64,000 nt of DNA from contig JAUPSS010000002.1 in the NCBI GenBank assembly GCA_040285825.1, forward strand, positions 930,001-994,000, in the 5' to 3' direction. The notes under the pieces are model-generated. The model was not told the DNA's origin and made no database searches. It saw only the letters and a list, made by a program, of their open reading frames with translations. The translations under genes and the position numbers were made by a program. Shown here piece by piece: positions 33,028-45,900 of the stretch. Numbering within the stretch: the stretch's first letter is position 1; each line of letters begins with the position of its first letter. Source of the DNA: Eukaryota sp. TZLM1-RC (Eukaryota; Protista; Metamonada: BaSk clade).

Positions 33028-35470
33028 TTAACGAATTGAAGTTCTAAGATCTGCAATAACATCATTAGCTCGTCGAGAGATATACTCAGTCGCTAAGCGC
33101 TTGAAACGTTCAATATCCTGAGCAATGGTAGAGAATATTTGGTCATTTTCTAAGTCTTCTATTTGAAGCTGCGATGGCTTGCGCATTGTCTGGAACAGAT
33201 GGGAAAGGTGTTTTGGCAGAACCGTAAACAACACCTGCAAAACACTGAGACCAACTTTCCCAAGCTGTCAAAGGCCCATCTAACTCTGGGTTCAACGACT
33301 GCAGATCCTCCACAGAAATAGATCTTGCCTGTTTGACAATTTGAATTGCCAACCAGTTTGAATATTGTGGTGCCGTAATATTATCAGGTGATACACGAAC
33401 CGAAAAGTTACGTCAGGTGTTTGCATGTCATCAGGAAAAGCTGCAGTAGAAATGGCATCAAAAGACATCAGTAGAATATATGTGTGGAAGTTTTGAATGT
33501 GTGTGAAATTGGCTTCAGGAATGCATTTTGAGTGAAATCTACAGTACCGAAAGTGTGAATATTGACGAACAAGTCTCTTATCCTCTTTTTGCTTCAACAA
33601 CCATACCAATACACAGACTCTTGATGTTAACTGTGGAGCTAAAAAGGGTGTCGACTACAAGGAATTGCCCTATGTAGTTTCTATGAAGCTTAGCTGACGT
33701 TGATGAAGCGACTTGACCAGTTGACCTGGAAAGAAGAATGGACTTCAGTAAAGTTCTTTATAGAAGGAACTTCGGAAGCTTGACGACGCTCAGCCTCTTT
33801 CTGCTTCCTTTTAAATCTTGCAAATTCAGATTGAATCTTGGTGATGTATGACGCCTCAGATGTCGATCTTTCAAAGGTTTTAAGGATCTTGCCTGGGTCT
33901 GACCTGAAACTAGTATCCGAACCAAACATGAGCTCATATGGTGAGTTTCCTGTGGTCGAACCCTTGGATGAGTTGATCAACAGTAGTACTTATGGGATGT
34001 ACTCAGATTATGCATCGTAGGCATCAGAGTCTACGACCAGCTTCCTCAAATTGTACAGAAAGTCGCGGTGACGGCGTTCGACTACACCGTTGAACTGACA
34101 AAGGTGAGGGGCAGAGTTAGAAACTTCCATGCCCAGGAACTCGCAAAGAGAGTCGAAGACGGCTTTTAAGTACTCAGGACCGTTGTCGCTATAGACTACA
34201 AACGGGATCCCAAATATAGCACAAATTTTCCATATGAAAGCTTCAGCGCTAAGATTGGCATTGATCTTTTTCAGAGGTGCGATGATCGTTGACCTCGAGA
34301 AGCTGTTCACAGATACTAAAATATACTTGTAACCATCTTGGTCTTCATAAAGAGAAACAATAACATCGATGTTTACTTTAGCGAATGATTTGTCAGCCCA
34401 TAACAAATCATCAGTGGGAACATGCAGTTTGGAAACTGCTGCTGTCTTCTGGCAAGACGGGCATTTTGGGACGATGAAGCATTCCTTAGGCACTCTTTCG
34501 TCAATTTTCTCGGTATAATAAATGGAATAAAACTCCCTCTTGTCTGAATGATATAGGTGAATGACTGAGTGTGTGTTGTGGGACGATATTATTCTAGATA
34601 GTATATCGACCCAATGGTTTTCTTCCCATTTGGTGTTAATAATGTCGAATATGATCTCAGAAAAGATGGTTAATCAACTCAGCACTATTCTGTTCTTGTT
34701 GGGTGTGGTGAACATGTAAGTCAGGTTTGGATGATATGGGAATATAATCAGACGGCCTTTTTGAGGTAGTTCTCGAAACCATTTTCGGTTAGCATCAGCA
34801 AAATAGCGTAAAGCTGTGTCTGCACCCTGGGCCAGTTTTGCTGTGAATTTGTTAACAATTGGCTAAAAAAGCTGATTGGTGTACATTTCCTATTGAACGA
34901 TGTTGTACCAAGGTCTTCAACTGGTTCGATCTGTTCCCATATGACGCCGTTCATGGCTATATCAGAAGTGTCACAACTTATCAAGACATGGCATTCTGTA
35001 GGCGGTAATTTGAAAGACATGTGCTCAACTATTGAACGTTTTGTTTCTCCCAGGTGGAAGTCGTGCACTGCAAGCGACGAGGTTTACCATGAATTAGCTT
35101 GATGGTAGGTGTAGCAAGGTTTGTTACCTGATGAAGCCATTTTCTTAAGAAGTTGACTGAACCGCTAAGACCTCGGGCATTCTTCACTGTCTTTGGTCTT
35201 GCAAGATTCAGCAAAAAGTCAGTGTGCGTAAAGTCGATCATTTTGGACTTGGTTTGGAACCTGTTGCAAAGTACTGTTATTGGGTGTCTTGAAGACACAA
35301 AAGAACACTTGAGCAGCCCAGAGCTATTTGTACCAATACGAATTTGCTCAAAAAAACGTCTAAAATATTTAAGAAACTCATTAAAGGTTCTGATCACTAT
35401 TATAATGTCGTCTATATAGATGAATACTCCATCACCGGAGAAAATCTTGGACATGACATTTTGCGAAACG
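33028..35470 (-). mobile_element. Degraded LTR retrotransposon 2 (RT, RNase H and integrase fragments)
   Basis: FIYIDDII, ISCDTSD, YSDNGPEY, NGVVERRHR and SPYELMFG in several broken frames; LTRs not recognised. Confidence 0.85.
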
Positions 35471-35544
35471 GCTAACAAATACAAATTGTAACAAATACTT
35501 ATAAGAACTTGTGGCGAATTCAGCAACTTTAGTTTATTTTTTGA

Positions 35545-35809
35545 ACTATGTGGTTATCAAACTCCGGTAGAAGGCGGAATTTTTTTAGATGCTTTCCAAA
35601 AATTTGGTTCAACAAAATACAATGAAGAGATTTGATGCCTTTTTCTGGAGGTCACGAATTTAATTTGCTATAATTTAAAGACTATCTCGGTTCTTTCATA
35701 AAAAAGTGAAGCAAAGGCGAGAAAACAAGCAGATTGGGATTTTGTAGAGAAAATCTTGGTTCAATGATTTTAGTCTCATTAGCTCTGATTTAATTTTGTT
35801 AAGTGTTGT
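35545..35809 (+). mobile_element. Degraded 3' fragment of CRE-like family A; its tail is interrupted by LTR element 3
   Basis: Aligns with about 10100-10355 (...AAATCTTGGTTCAATGAT...TTAAGTGT); the tail appears to resume after 52365 (AGTTCAATTAAAT). Confidence 0.75.
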
Positions 35810-35888
35810 TGTTGGCGCCCTAAGGCTTATATAATATGAATAGAAAATAAATCAGACTTCTCTTTACTACAATAGACTTTAGGCAACA
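35810..35888 (+). repeat. 5' LTR of element 3 (79 bp)
   Basis: Direct repeat of 52283-52361; TGTTG...CAACA ends. Confidence 0.93.
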
Positions 35889-38800
35889 GTAATTATTGGT
35901 CATATTAAAGTCAAGGTATACCGCTCATAACCCCAGTACTTTACTAGTAAACAGCTTCCAGAGACCTTTACAGCATATCAGACATCTTTCAGCAAGATAT
36001 CTTTGACCCCAATTCCTCACCTAACATGCAGCAACAGGAACCAGCAACATACACACATACACATAACGAAGTGGGTAACGAGGTAACGGACCCGGCTTTC
36101 TCTCCCCTCAAAAGAAAAGATGAAACAGACGAGGCAACGAGAATGGACCCGGCTCCCTCTCCCCTCCCAAATGTAGAACCTGTCTCAAAGGGAACGGATG
36201 GAAATTTCACCTTAGACACGTCTTCCCCACAAGGAGAGTATGAAGAAATACAATCTCAACTAGATGAAATGGAGGGAGAAGATTACTCTTCCGAGAAGTT
36301 CTATAAGCTATTAAGAGAGGATGCAAATAGCTTACCTCGAACATACAGATTTTTGTCTGTTCGAGCAGCTTCCTCCTCTGTGGAGCTATACTCCTAAAAG
36401 AGGCAAAAACGTTGGTTTCCAGACCCTCGGTATGGTTGGGGATACTCAAAAGGTATTACAAATTCCCCTCAACGAAAGGAATGAGCTCATCAAAGCTCTT
36501 GATAAATTGAGCGGAGAGACCTTCAGGGCGTAACGCAGAGCGACGTCCCAGGATCTCTGGCATGGACAAAAGAATTACCAAGATGATGTCCATTTCCATC
36601 AAAGATAGATTGGATTGGAAGGTCTCCTTCCTTGACCAATATGGCAGAAGAATAAGGTTTTTCTCCATCGAGCTGAGAAGTAGGGCCGATTCAGAAGACA
36701 TCCTGCAATCCAAATTGCCTGCCTGGTTTGATCCTAACTTTAATACGGAAATTCATAACTACACGGAGCTAACAGAGGGCGCTCCCACATATTTTAGGGA
36801 ATTCATGGAGCAGGAGGACAGTAGTGAACAGGACAAGCTTGAACCAGTAACACCCTGGTTCGACGCAGACGCTCTGAACAACATTCATACGGATCGATCA
36901 GCTGTATCCACGTATAGGAGCTATCCTAACAACTACATTCAGCAACATGGTAACTCGTTCACGAAACAACGAGATTTTAGACAATGGGTAATGGGAGATC
37001 CATCCACATCTCTCCACCTTCCCAAATTGCCTGTTGTGGCTCCTATGATTTCCGAAAAAAGCCAACCAATACAGGTCTGCTCTATCGACAGCATACCCGA
37101 ACACGGTCCAACAGTGAACGTTCCGGAACCTGTAGCAAGACAAGACGTTACACCTCAGGAAGAACCAACTTCCACTCAACCCATGGAAAGTGAAATTGGA
37201 GATGACATAGAGTTGAACGGGCCAGTCGTTGGAGAAACGGCTCCTCCTCAACACTTAGTAAGAAACTTTTCTTCCGATAGACCCCTGCATATTGAGGACC
37301 TGCAATCCTCAAGAAGCGCTATTGACATGAGCATAGCTAGTAGCCTTCATAGACAGATTGACCCACGGTTTAAGGATATCGACTATAAAAAACCTCGATT
37401 ATCCGCTGATGACCCTATCTATAAGATGTCTATCATAGCTTTTCTTTTAAAATTATCAAACTTGGGATAAATACGGGCGAAAGATAGCTAATAGAAGCTT
37501 TGAAGCCCCAGGTCAATCCGACTAGACCAGAGCCTTCATGATAGCTACCCAGCATTTTGGAGAAGGCCAAGCAGAGATAACCCAAGATAGGATTAAAGAT
37601 CTTTCCGAACATATACGCGACGAGATCACTAGGGACACAACACAGCCTTTGGTAAGGATTGACCTAGCTATAACAGATAAGCTCGGACCACCAATGCACC
37701 ATTATGATTCATTTAGGAGCATGATGATGAGCACTTGCCCTACAGGAATATCTAGCATGAGCGACCCTAGCCTTCTATCTAGATGGCAGAGTCAAGGCTT
37801 ACTCGGTATTGACTATACCGACGCTGACGTCATGGTATTTCGGCTTAAAAGAACGCAATTCACATCATATCATGAAGCATGTACAGCTCTAATGAAGCCT
37901 AGAATTAACTGGAGGAAAATCCACAATAGACATGATGCTGACAACGAGTTTGGTCGTTATGTAGAAGATTTTGGAGACGTCTTAAGAATGACCACCTACA
38001 AGACCGACCTGACCATTCCTTTTTTGATTAGAGGAAGCAGTGGGCTGATAACCATATCTCCCGCTCTAATAGCCGAATACTCCCTTATGGGTTTGGACAA
38101 CTTTGCAATATCAAGCGAACTCCTCCCAGTATGGACTAAGGAATTTGTGTGGAATTCGCTTATCAGAACAACTCTACTCGATTTAATATAGACAACTAGA
38201 AGGCACTTCCTTGCTTGGTGATTCACAGCACGAAACAAGCCCACTATGGACATACTAATGAACAGGGCCAACGAAGAAGATATTTTTTTGGGACTCACGG
38301 CGATGAGAACTTATTCAAGAGGGATAACCCCATCAGCCCAGGCTCCAGTAAAACGAGCAAGACGATCAGGTGGAAAATCGAGAGCAACCCCTCAACACAA
38401 GTACATTCCTGAAAAGCATGAACGAGAAGGTTCGAAGTTTTGTACATTCTGCAGTAACGTCGAAGGTGACAACCCTGTCGGCCACACTGTATTTGAATGT
38501 AAAGACCCTCGTTGTGCTAGAAGCAGAGTACCCAAAGAAGAAAGATTCAGATTGGGAGAACAGGAGACGCCTGATAGTAGAGGCAGTGTAGAAAGGGGCT
38601 GAGCTGGCCGAGGTAGACGTGTACATAGATTTAAATTTAGAGGCCGTGGAGGCCGTTTTAGAGGACATAAAGGAAGAGGTCAGTATAGACCTTTATATAA
38701 CACCAACACAACAGAGGACATATCATCAAACGCATCCTTCACTGAGACAAAACCGACCCGTTCAAGTACGGTTCCTCACAAACGAATCAACAACAGCAAG

Positions 38801-39907
38801 CGGAACAGCAAGACAGGCAACTTTCCTCATCGGGTACATATCAATGCAATCAATTAAAATCAATCAACAACCGATTTAGGAAACCCGGTCAACAACTTTC
38901 CAACAGCTCAACAAAATCTTTTCATTCCTCCACAAATTCACCAAACCAGCTCTGATATCAATAGTATTTTTGATATTAATTCTACGGTTAGTGAAAACCA
39001 CATCAGATCCCAGCGTTCTCCATTTCTAAGACTGGAGATATCAATAAACGATATCAAAATGATTGCAACTATTGATTCGGCTGCGTTTTGTTCAGTTATT
39101 ACTGCAGACTTAGCTGAACAATGCCATATGTCAATCAATAGCAAAGATACTATTCAGTTTTTACCAGCTAATAATGTATCTACAAAATCGCTTGGGAGTG
39201 CAACTGGTATTCTGTCGTTTAACGTAGGAAGCATTGCGCAACGAATTCACTATAAACATACTCTTTCCATAATCCAGGGTTCGAACAAATTACTAATAGG
39301 GACCGACATGTTAAAAGCACTTGGGCTTCAGACGAATGATGGTCTTTTCATTAGATTAGACAAAGAACACCGCACTTTGTTAAATGCAGAATCAGAATTC
39401 GACTCTAGAATCGCTCAACATTCGATTGGGAACTTAGATAACCAATCACCAAGTCGTTCTGATTTTGAGGAGCAATTAACAAGATATGGATGTGAGATAA
39501 AATTAGATGATAGTAATAATAAATTACAATTAACGAGTCTACTTGAAATTTTCAGCGATGTTTTTAGTGAAACTCCAAACAAAAAAGGTATTAATTGTAG
39601 TCCTCTTACAATCTTCTTTCGCGATGAAAACGTTATTGTATGCAAACCTGCTAGACGGTTAAACCCAAGCAAATTAGAAATGGCCAACAAAATATTCGAC
39701 GATTTGACAGAAATGGGTTATGCAGTTGAATCCAATTATAGATTCAGCTCTCCTATTGTCCTAGTTATCTACCCAGATGATAGAAAACCTAGATTAACTG
39801 GTGACTTTAGTGGTAAAGATGGTGGTAATGCCCATGCAATTTCTGTCGAACCTAATTTACCGCGGATTAGTGACATATTAGAATTTTTAAGTAGAGCTGA
39901 CTACATT

Positions 39908-42900
39908 TGTTGGGTTTCGTGCACAAGTAAATAGCATTACAAACGGAGACAGATGTTTATCAATGCAACAAGGAAAATCAAAGATAAAATTACAACAATC
40001 TAAATATAGCAGTGACACGTCATCACTTAAACTACTATGGCTAAGAGCCAACACTACCTCTTCTTTCTTTTTCCACGGGTTTTCTTCTTAGGAACATCTT
40101 CAATGAGCAGCATAAAACGTTTGTAGGCAGCAGTATTCTTGATTGAGTCTACAGGTTGTACAGTACTGGTTCCATCTGACCAGATTATAGTAGCATCGTT
40201 GTTTTCGATAGAATCGATGGCATCTATGACATGTTCCCCTTTATCAGCGGCGACGTAAGAATCAAGAATTTCTTTAGGCAGGGAGGAAGTACAAGGTTTA
40301 ACTAAGTGGATTGAGGTTTTAAGCAAGTTCTTAGTAATAGGATTCTTCACTAGGATCGAAGAGTTGGTAAGTTGTTTTTCAACAACATAAGGTCCTACAA
40401 AATGGCCATGAAGCTTGGCTGGTTTGTCTCGAAGAACAAACACACGATCACCAGGTTGAAGCTTACAGGTTAAAGGAGCACTAGGTTCAATGGCAATAGA
40501 ATCCAGATCTATTTTATTCCAAGAGTCGGTAAGGGTTTGAGTCAAGGAAGTAAGATGAGCAAGGTAATCAGGAAGGTCAGGTTGGTTAGCAGGAGGTTTG
40601 AGGGATTCAAGCATCTCATGAGGAAGAAGTCGAGGGGAAGTATTAGTTCCAAAGAGTAAGAAATAAGGAGAGGTTCCAAGAGATTTCCTAGGGTGAGAAT
40701 TTACAATAAGCTGGCAGATTGGTATATAATCTGACCAGTTCTGGTAGTCAGCGAAATCAAGTAACAGTTTTCTCAGGGCTTGGAGGACAGTACGATGTTG
40801 TCTTTCGACAAGTCCATTAGATTGATGAAAGTGAGGAATGGACAAGGTGTGTTCAATATTCAAGAATTGACAGAGTAGAGAAAAGACCTTATTAGAGAAT
40901 TCAGGTCCATTATCGGAATGGATCGAACGAGGAGCTCCAAAGACGGAGTAGACGTGAACAAGGATAGAATTTACCACAGTAAGAGCGGTAACATCGGCAA
41001 CTGGGACAAGAATTGAAAATTTGGAAAAGGCGTCTACGAAGTGGATAACATATTTGTTACCATAGGAGTCAACAGACAGAGGACCAATAGTATCACAATG
41101 TAGATACTCGAAAGGGCGTTTAGCGGAGTTAAGAGAACCTGTAGTGGGAATAGAGTTCTTAAGAATTGGAGAAATTTTCTGGCAGGGAATACATCCAGCG
41201 ATATGAGAGAATAGATCGGCTTTCATGTTAGGCCAGTGGAAGTCGGAATCTTTTAGTTTCTTCCAGGCAATATCTATGGGTGGATGGCCAGATTCTACTG
41301 AACCATGAGTCAGTAGTAGGATCTCGGGACGGAGAGATGGAGGGATCAAAATCTTAGGCTGAGAGGAATTTAGCATTTTTAATCCACTACTTCTGTGAAT
41401 GTAGGAGTCAGCGAATAGAGAATCAGAATCGGACAACTTCTGTTGTTCTTTAAAAATCTTACTTAGGAACTTTGAACTAGGAGATGGGTTTTGGTTAGAT
41501 AGCAGCGACTCAGAGGATTCGGACTGTTGAGACTCAGAAGTTTCGGCAACTATACAGAAGGCAGTTTCCATGTCGACGTCGGAAGAGCTGGATATCTCAA
41601 TGATTTCTTCAGCAGTTCTAGGGTCACAAGGAGGAGGTGAGGAATCTGATTGTCCAGATTGGCTTCTAAGGAATTGTCGATGGTTGACAAGTTCAGGGAA
41701 CCATCGTTTTAGTGAGTCAAAACGAGAGAGGGCAGGTTCAATAACAAAGAAGGGATGAAGAAATTTTCTTCCTTCGCTATCGTGGTAGACAAAACCGCTA
41801 TAACTTCCGGTTCTAGTAACTGGAAGAATTCTTTCGTAGATCAAGAAATCTTGGCGAGAAGGACGAGGGCGAGGAGTACCTATAATAAGCGGTTCAATGT
41901 CATCGATATGGCAACAGTACTGAGTTGGGTGAAAGGATTCGGCTAGTAATGGTTCAGAAGTTGAAAGGTCAGCTAAAGCGTAGCTGATTCGAATTGAGTG
42001 AGACCCAGGATCAATTTGATCAGACCAAATGGTTTCGAAGCAAGGAATAGGGAAGTCACAAGGGGCCATTTCGTCATCGGCAAAATGGTGGATATACCAT
42101 ATACAGGGTTTGAGGAGACACAAAGGTATAAAGGTGGTAATATCTCGAGAGGGATCGAGCAAGTAAGGTCGGTGGCGGATATGATCAGAGAGGACTCGGG
42201 TGTTTTCATATCCATTCCAGTTTGAGTGATCACGACTAATCCTGTTCGGATCGAGGGCAGGAGTTCCACAGGTAGAGTACAAGGGAGTGGAGTTGTGCAA
42301 GGCCCAGTGATAGAGTTGTTCGTCTAAGACAGTGATAGGGAGGTCTAGCGTGGGAATGCTGGGGATATCATGAGGATATTCGTCGTTGGTGTCAGTCTTA
42401 GTAGCACGGGTATGGAGATCTAGAAGACTGAGACGATGAGGGTGAGGAAGTTTCCAGCAGGCAGAAATATATTTTGAACGGTCAGGGTCAATTAAGAAGT
42501 CTTCAAATCGACGAGAGATAAATCGGTTATGATCGATGTTGAAAGGATACATATGTGTAGGCAAAGGTAGGAGATGAAAGATATTAAGGTGATAATATAA
42601 ATCGTCCAAGGAGACTGAGGAGCAGAGGCGATTCAATCTGATTATTAGTGCATTAGCGGGAATGGTATCAGGATGATAATTCAGAGAAGGAATTTTAGGA
42701 TGGTGGAAGTAAAGTTTCAAGTTCAAATTGCCATGTTGGATCAGGTCATTAAGATTATGAGTTGAAGAGTCAACAAATTCACGGACATGCATTCTGGGTA
42801 AGTCAGTTGAGAGGATAAAGAAAAAGGCCATACAGTTACGATCAATGAGGTCTCTGTGGACGGAGTTAGTTATTGGTTCAAAATGAGAAAAGTGTTTTAA

Positions 42901-45900
42901 GGCGTTAATCTCGGCGAAGGCGGATTTGGGATGTCTTGAAGCAGAAGGGTGAATTACTTTGGCAGCGTCTTCATATGAGAGGTTATACCAGGTTATCGGA
43001 TCTAAATCTAACTCGGCTAAGTTAAGGTAGTTGAACAGACTAGAAAAGGAGTTTCCATGAACAGAGTTAGGGCGGAGCAGTGAGCAGCATTTTTCGACAG
43101 CATTTTTAGTACGAGCAGTACTATTTTTGGTCTTTCTTTCTTTTCTTCCGGGGGTTTTCTTAGGAGAATCTAGGTTAGTACGAGATAAGTAATCAGCCCA
43201 AAAATTCTTGGGGCCTTCGATATGTACTATGTCGAATTCGAAAGATTGAAGGACTGGAATCCAGCGTAAAACTACGCGATTTTCGTCAGGGCAAGACAAA
43301 AGATAAGATAGATTTTGATAGTCGCAAAATATTGTGAGATGTTTAGTCATCAGGAAGGAGGAAAGGTTAGGTTGGTTCAAGGTCATCACTATGACAAAAA
43401 GTTCCTTTTGCATAGTGGACCAGTTCCGTTGGGAGGCGGTTAAGATCCGGGAATAAAATGATACGGGAGCTACCTTGCGTTTGGATAGGCAAGTTCCTGG
43501 TGGTGAAGGTTCAAGTTCCTTCCAAATGATGCCGGCGATGGCTTTGTCAGAGGCATCTGTTGAGATCAGGATTGTAGAATTGGCGTCTGGTAAGGCGAGA
43601 GGGGTACTGTTAATTAGCATGGTTTTAATATTTTCAAAGCATTTGATTTCTTTTTCACCGAGTTTGATCTTCTTCGGTTTCTTTTGTAAGAGAGCGGTAA
43701 GGGGAGCAAGTTCAGCACTGACAGAAGGTAGCCAGTCGCGAATAAAGTTAATCGAACCTACGAAAGAACGTAGTTCGGGAACAGAGGTTGGAGGAGAAAG
43801 CTTGCTTAAGGTTTCGATTCTAGAAGGACATATTTTTCGAGTTCCATTCTCGAAAATGGTTCCTAAAACTTTGATGGGGTGGTCTTTAGTTTGAAAGGCG
43901 CATTTGTGGAGTCCTATGCGCACACGGTACTTTTGAGCTAATGCGAAGAGTTTGTCGAGGCTAGCAAGAAATTCAGGTTTGGAGTTAGCGGCAAGGATTA
44001 AGTCATCCATGTAGATAAATATTCCATCTAAGTTGAATATCCTTTTCATCAGATTTTGAAAGATCGCAGGGACATTCTTAAGTCCAAAGGAGGCGCGAGT
44101 GAACATCACTTTTCTTCCAGGTATTGAGATAGCGGTCTTTGGCTGATCGTCGGGGTGAAGGTTAAGTTGCCAAAAGGCTTTGGGTAAATGCAAGGTAGCA
44201 ATGTAAGTTGCGTTTGAAAGAAATCTACAAACATCAGAGATTCTAGGGAGATCAGCGGGTATAGGTACGGTTTTGGCATTGATTCCGTCTGAGCCAGAGT
44301 AATCGCCAGTGAGTCTGGGTGGTTTTCCTGGAGCTTGTACCAAACAGATGGGAGAAGAGAAAGGTCCATCGTAAGGGACGGCGAATCCATGTTCAATAAG
44401 TAAGTCAATCTGTTCGTTAGCGATGCGAAGCTTGTCGGGAGGCAAGTAGCGGGCTTTCTTCGAGACTATTTCAGATTCGTCATAGAACTCAATAGTCATT
44501 GGAGGGCAATCAATTCCACGGGAGTCAGGAAGTTTAGAAAAGATTTGAGGGCAATCAATTCCACGGGAGTCAGGAAGTTTAGAAAAGATTTGAGGATACT
44601 TTAGAAGGAGGTCTTTAATATTTTGAGTTAGAGTCGAGTCGTCTAGTAAGAATTTAGCCTTGTCAAGGTCAGGCAGGGTTACAGCAGTGGATACAGTTAA
44701 AGCAGGAGGCATGAATTGGTCGGGTACAGCGTTTTCGTCTTGAATAGATAAGTTTCTTTCTGTTAAGTTTATGAATAGGTAATTGTTGGTAAGTAATCCA
44801 AGTGATTTCAAAAGATCACAACCTATTAAGCAGGAATTAGGGCAATCAAGGACAGCTAAAGTAGTAGAGACATAAGTTAGTTTGGCAGTTCCACCAAGAG
44901 CAAAAGCAAGGGTTCCGGAGACTAGCTGGCATTCCACTGAGTTGTTATCAGCTAGGTTGAGTTTTAGAGAACTTCCAGTTGGTTTCAATCGAGCTACCTT
45001 TACAAGGTCTCGGGATATACAGGATATTGTTGCACCAGTATCGATCATTCCATAAATGATCTGGTCTTTTCCAGCGAAGATTCGTAAGTGTAAAAGTTTT
45101 CGGTCCATGGGTTTATTTAGTTCTTTCAGAGGAATGGTTATCTTAGGATTAGGAATAACAACAGAGGCGTGAGAAGGGTCAGAAGGAAGGTAGGGATTTG
45201 TAGATGTTGAAGGAACTTTATCATCGTGATGATTTAGATTACTTCTCTTAGTAACAGAGTTTCCAAGCTCAGTTACTCCACCGTCGTGCCGAGCACAGTC
45301 AGCGTACACCGGTTCCAAATCAGAGTCGAGGTCGGGATTAGCTTCCAGCGACAAGGATTTGTTGGATGAACCAGGAGCTTTTCCTAGCGGTACCAGAGAG
45401 GATGTATCTGTTCTAAGAGTAGTTGGTCTAAATTCATCAGATATAGAAGCTTCCTTAGCAACACGAGATAAGGGTGTAGAAACAAAGGACGAAGAAGAAT
45501 TAAGACGAGATGGTTTTGCAGGAGATTCAGAAACAGAAGAAGGATAAGAAGGGCAGGTAATGAGATCTAAGTTCTCAAAAAGGTTAGCGAATTCAAAGCA
45601 GTCCGAGTCAGAGAAATGTTTTAGGGATAAAGGAGATGAGGGAGATGCGGAAGAATAGTCGGAAGAATTATCGGAGTTTATTAAAGGATTCAAGATTACA
45701 TTATAGGAAGTTTCAGATTCCGAACTAGATGGAGAGTGAGTTACATAAATAGGGAGATAGGTATGATCAATGTCATGATCTTCTTTAATTCCATCCTGGA
45801 TAGAAGAAATGATGGAATTAAGTTGGGGATTACGTTTTCGAGTAGGAATCTCTCTTTTTCCTACTGGTTCACGAGGGTTAGGGTAGTGAGGCTGGGAGTT

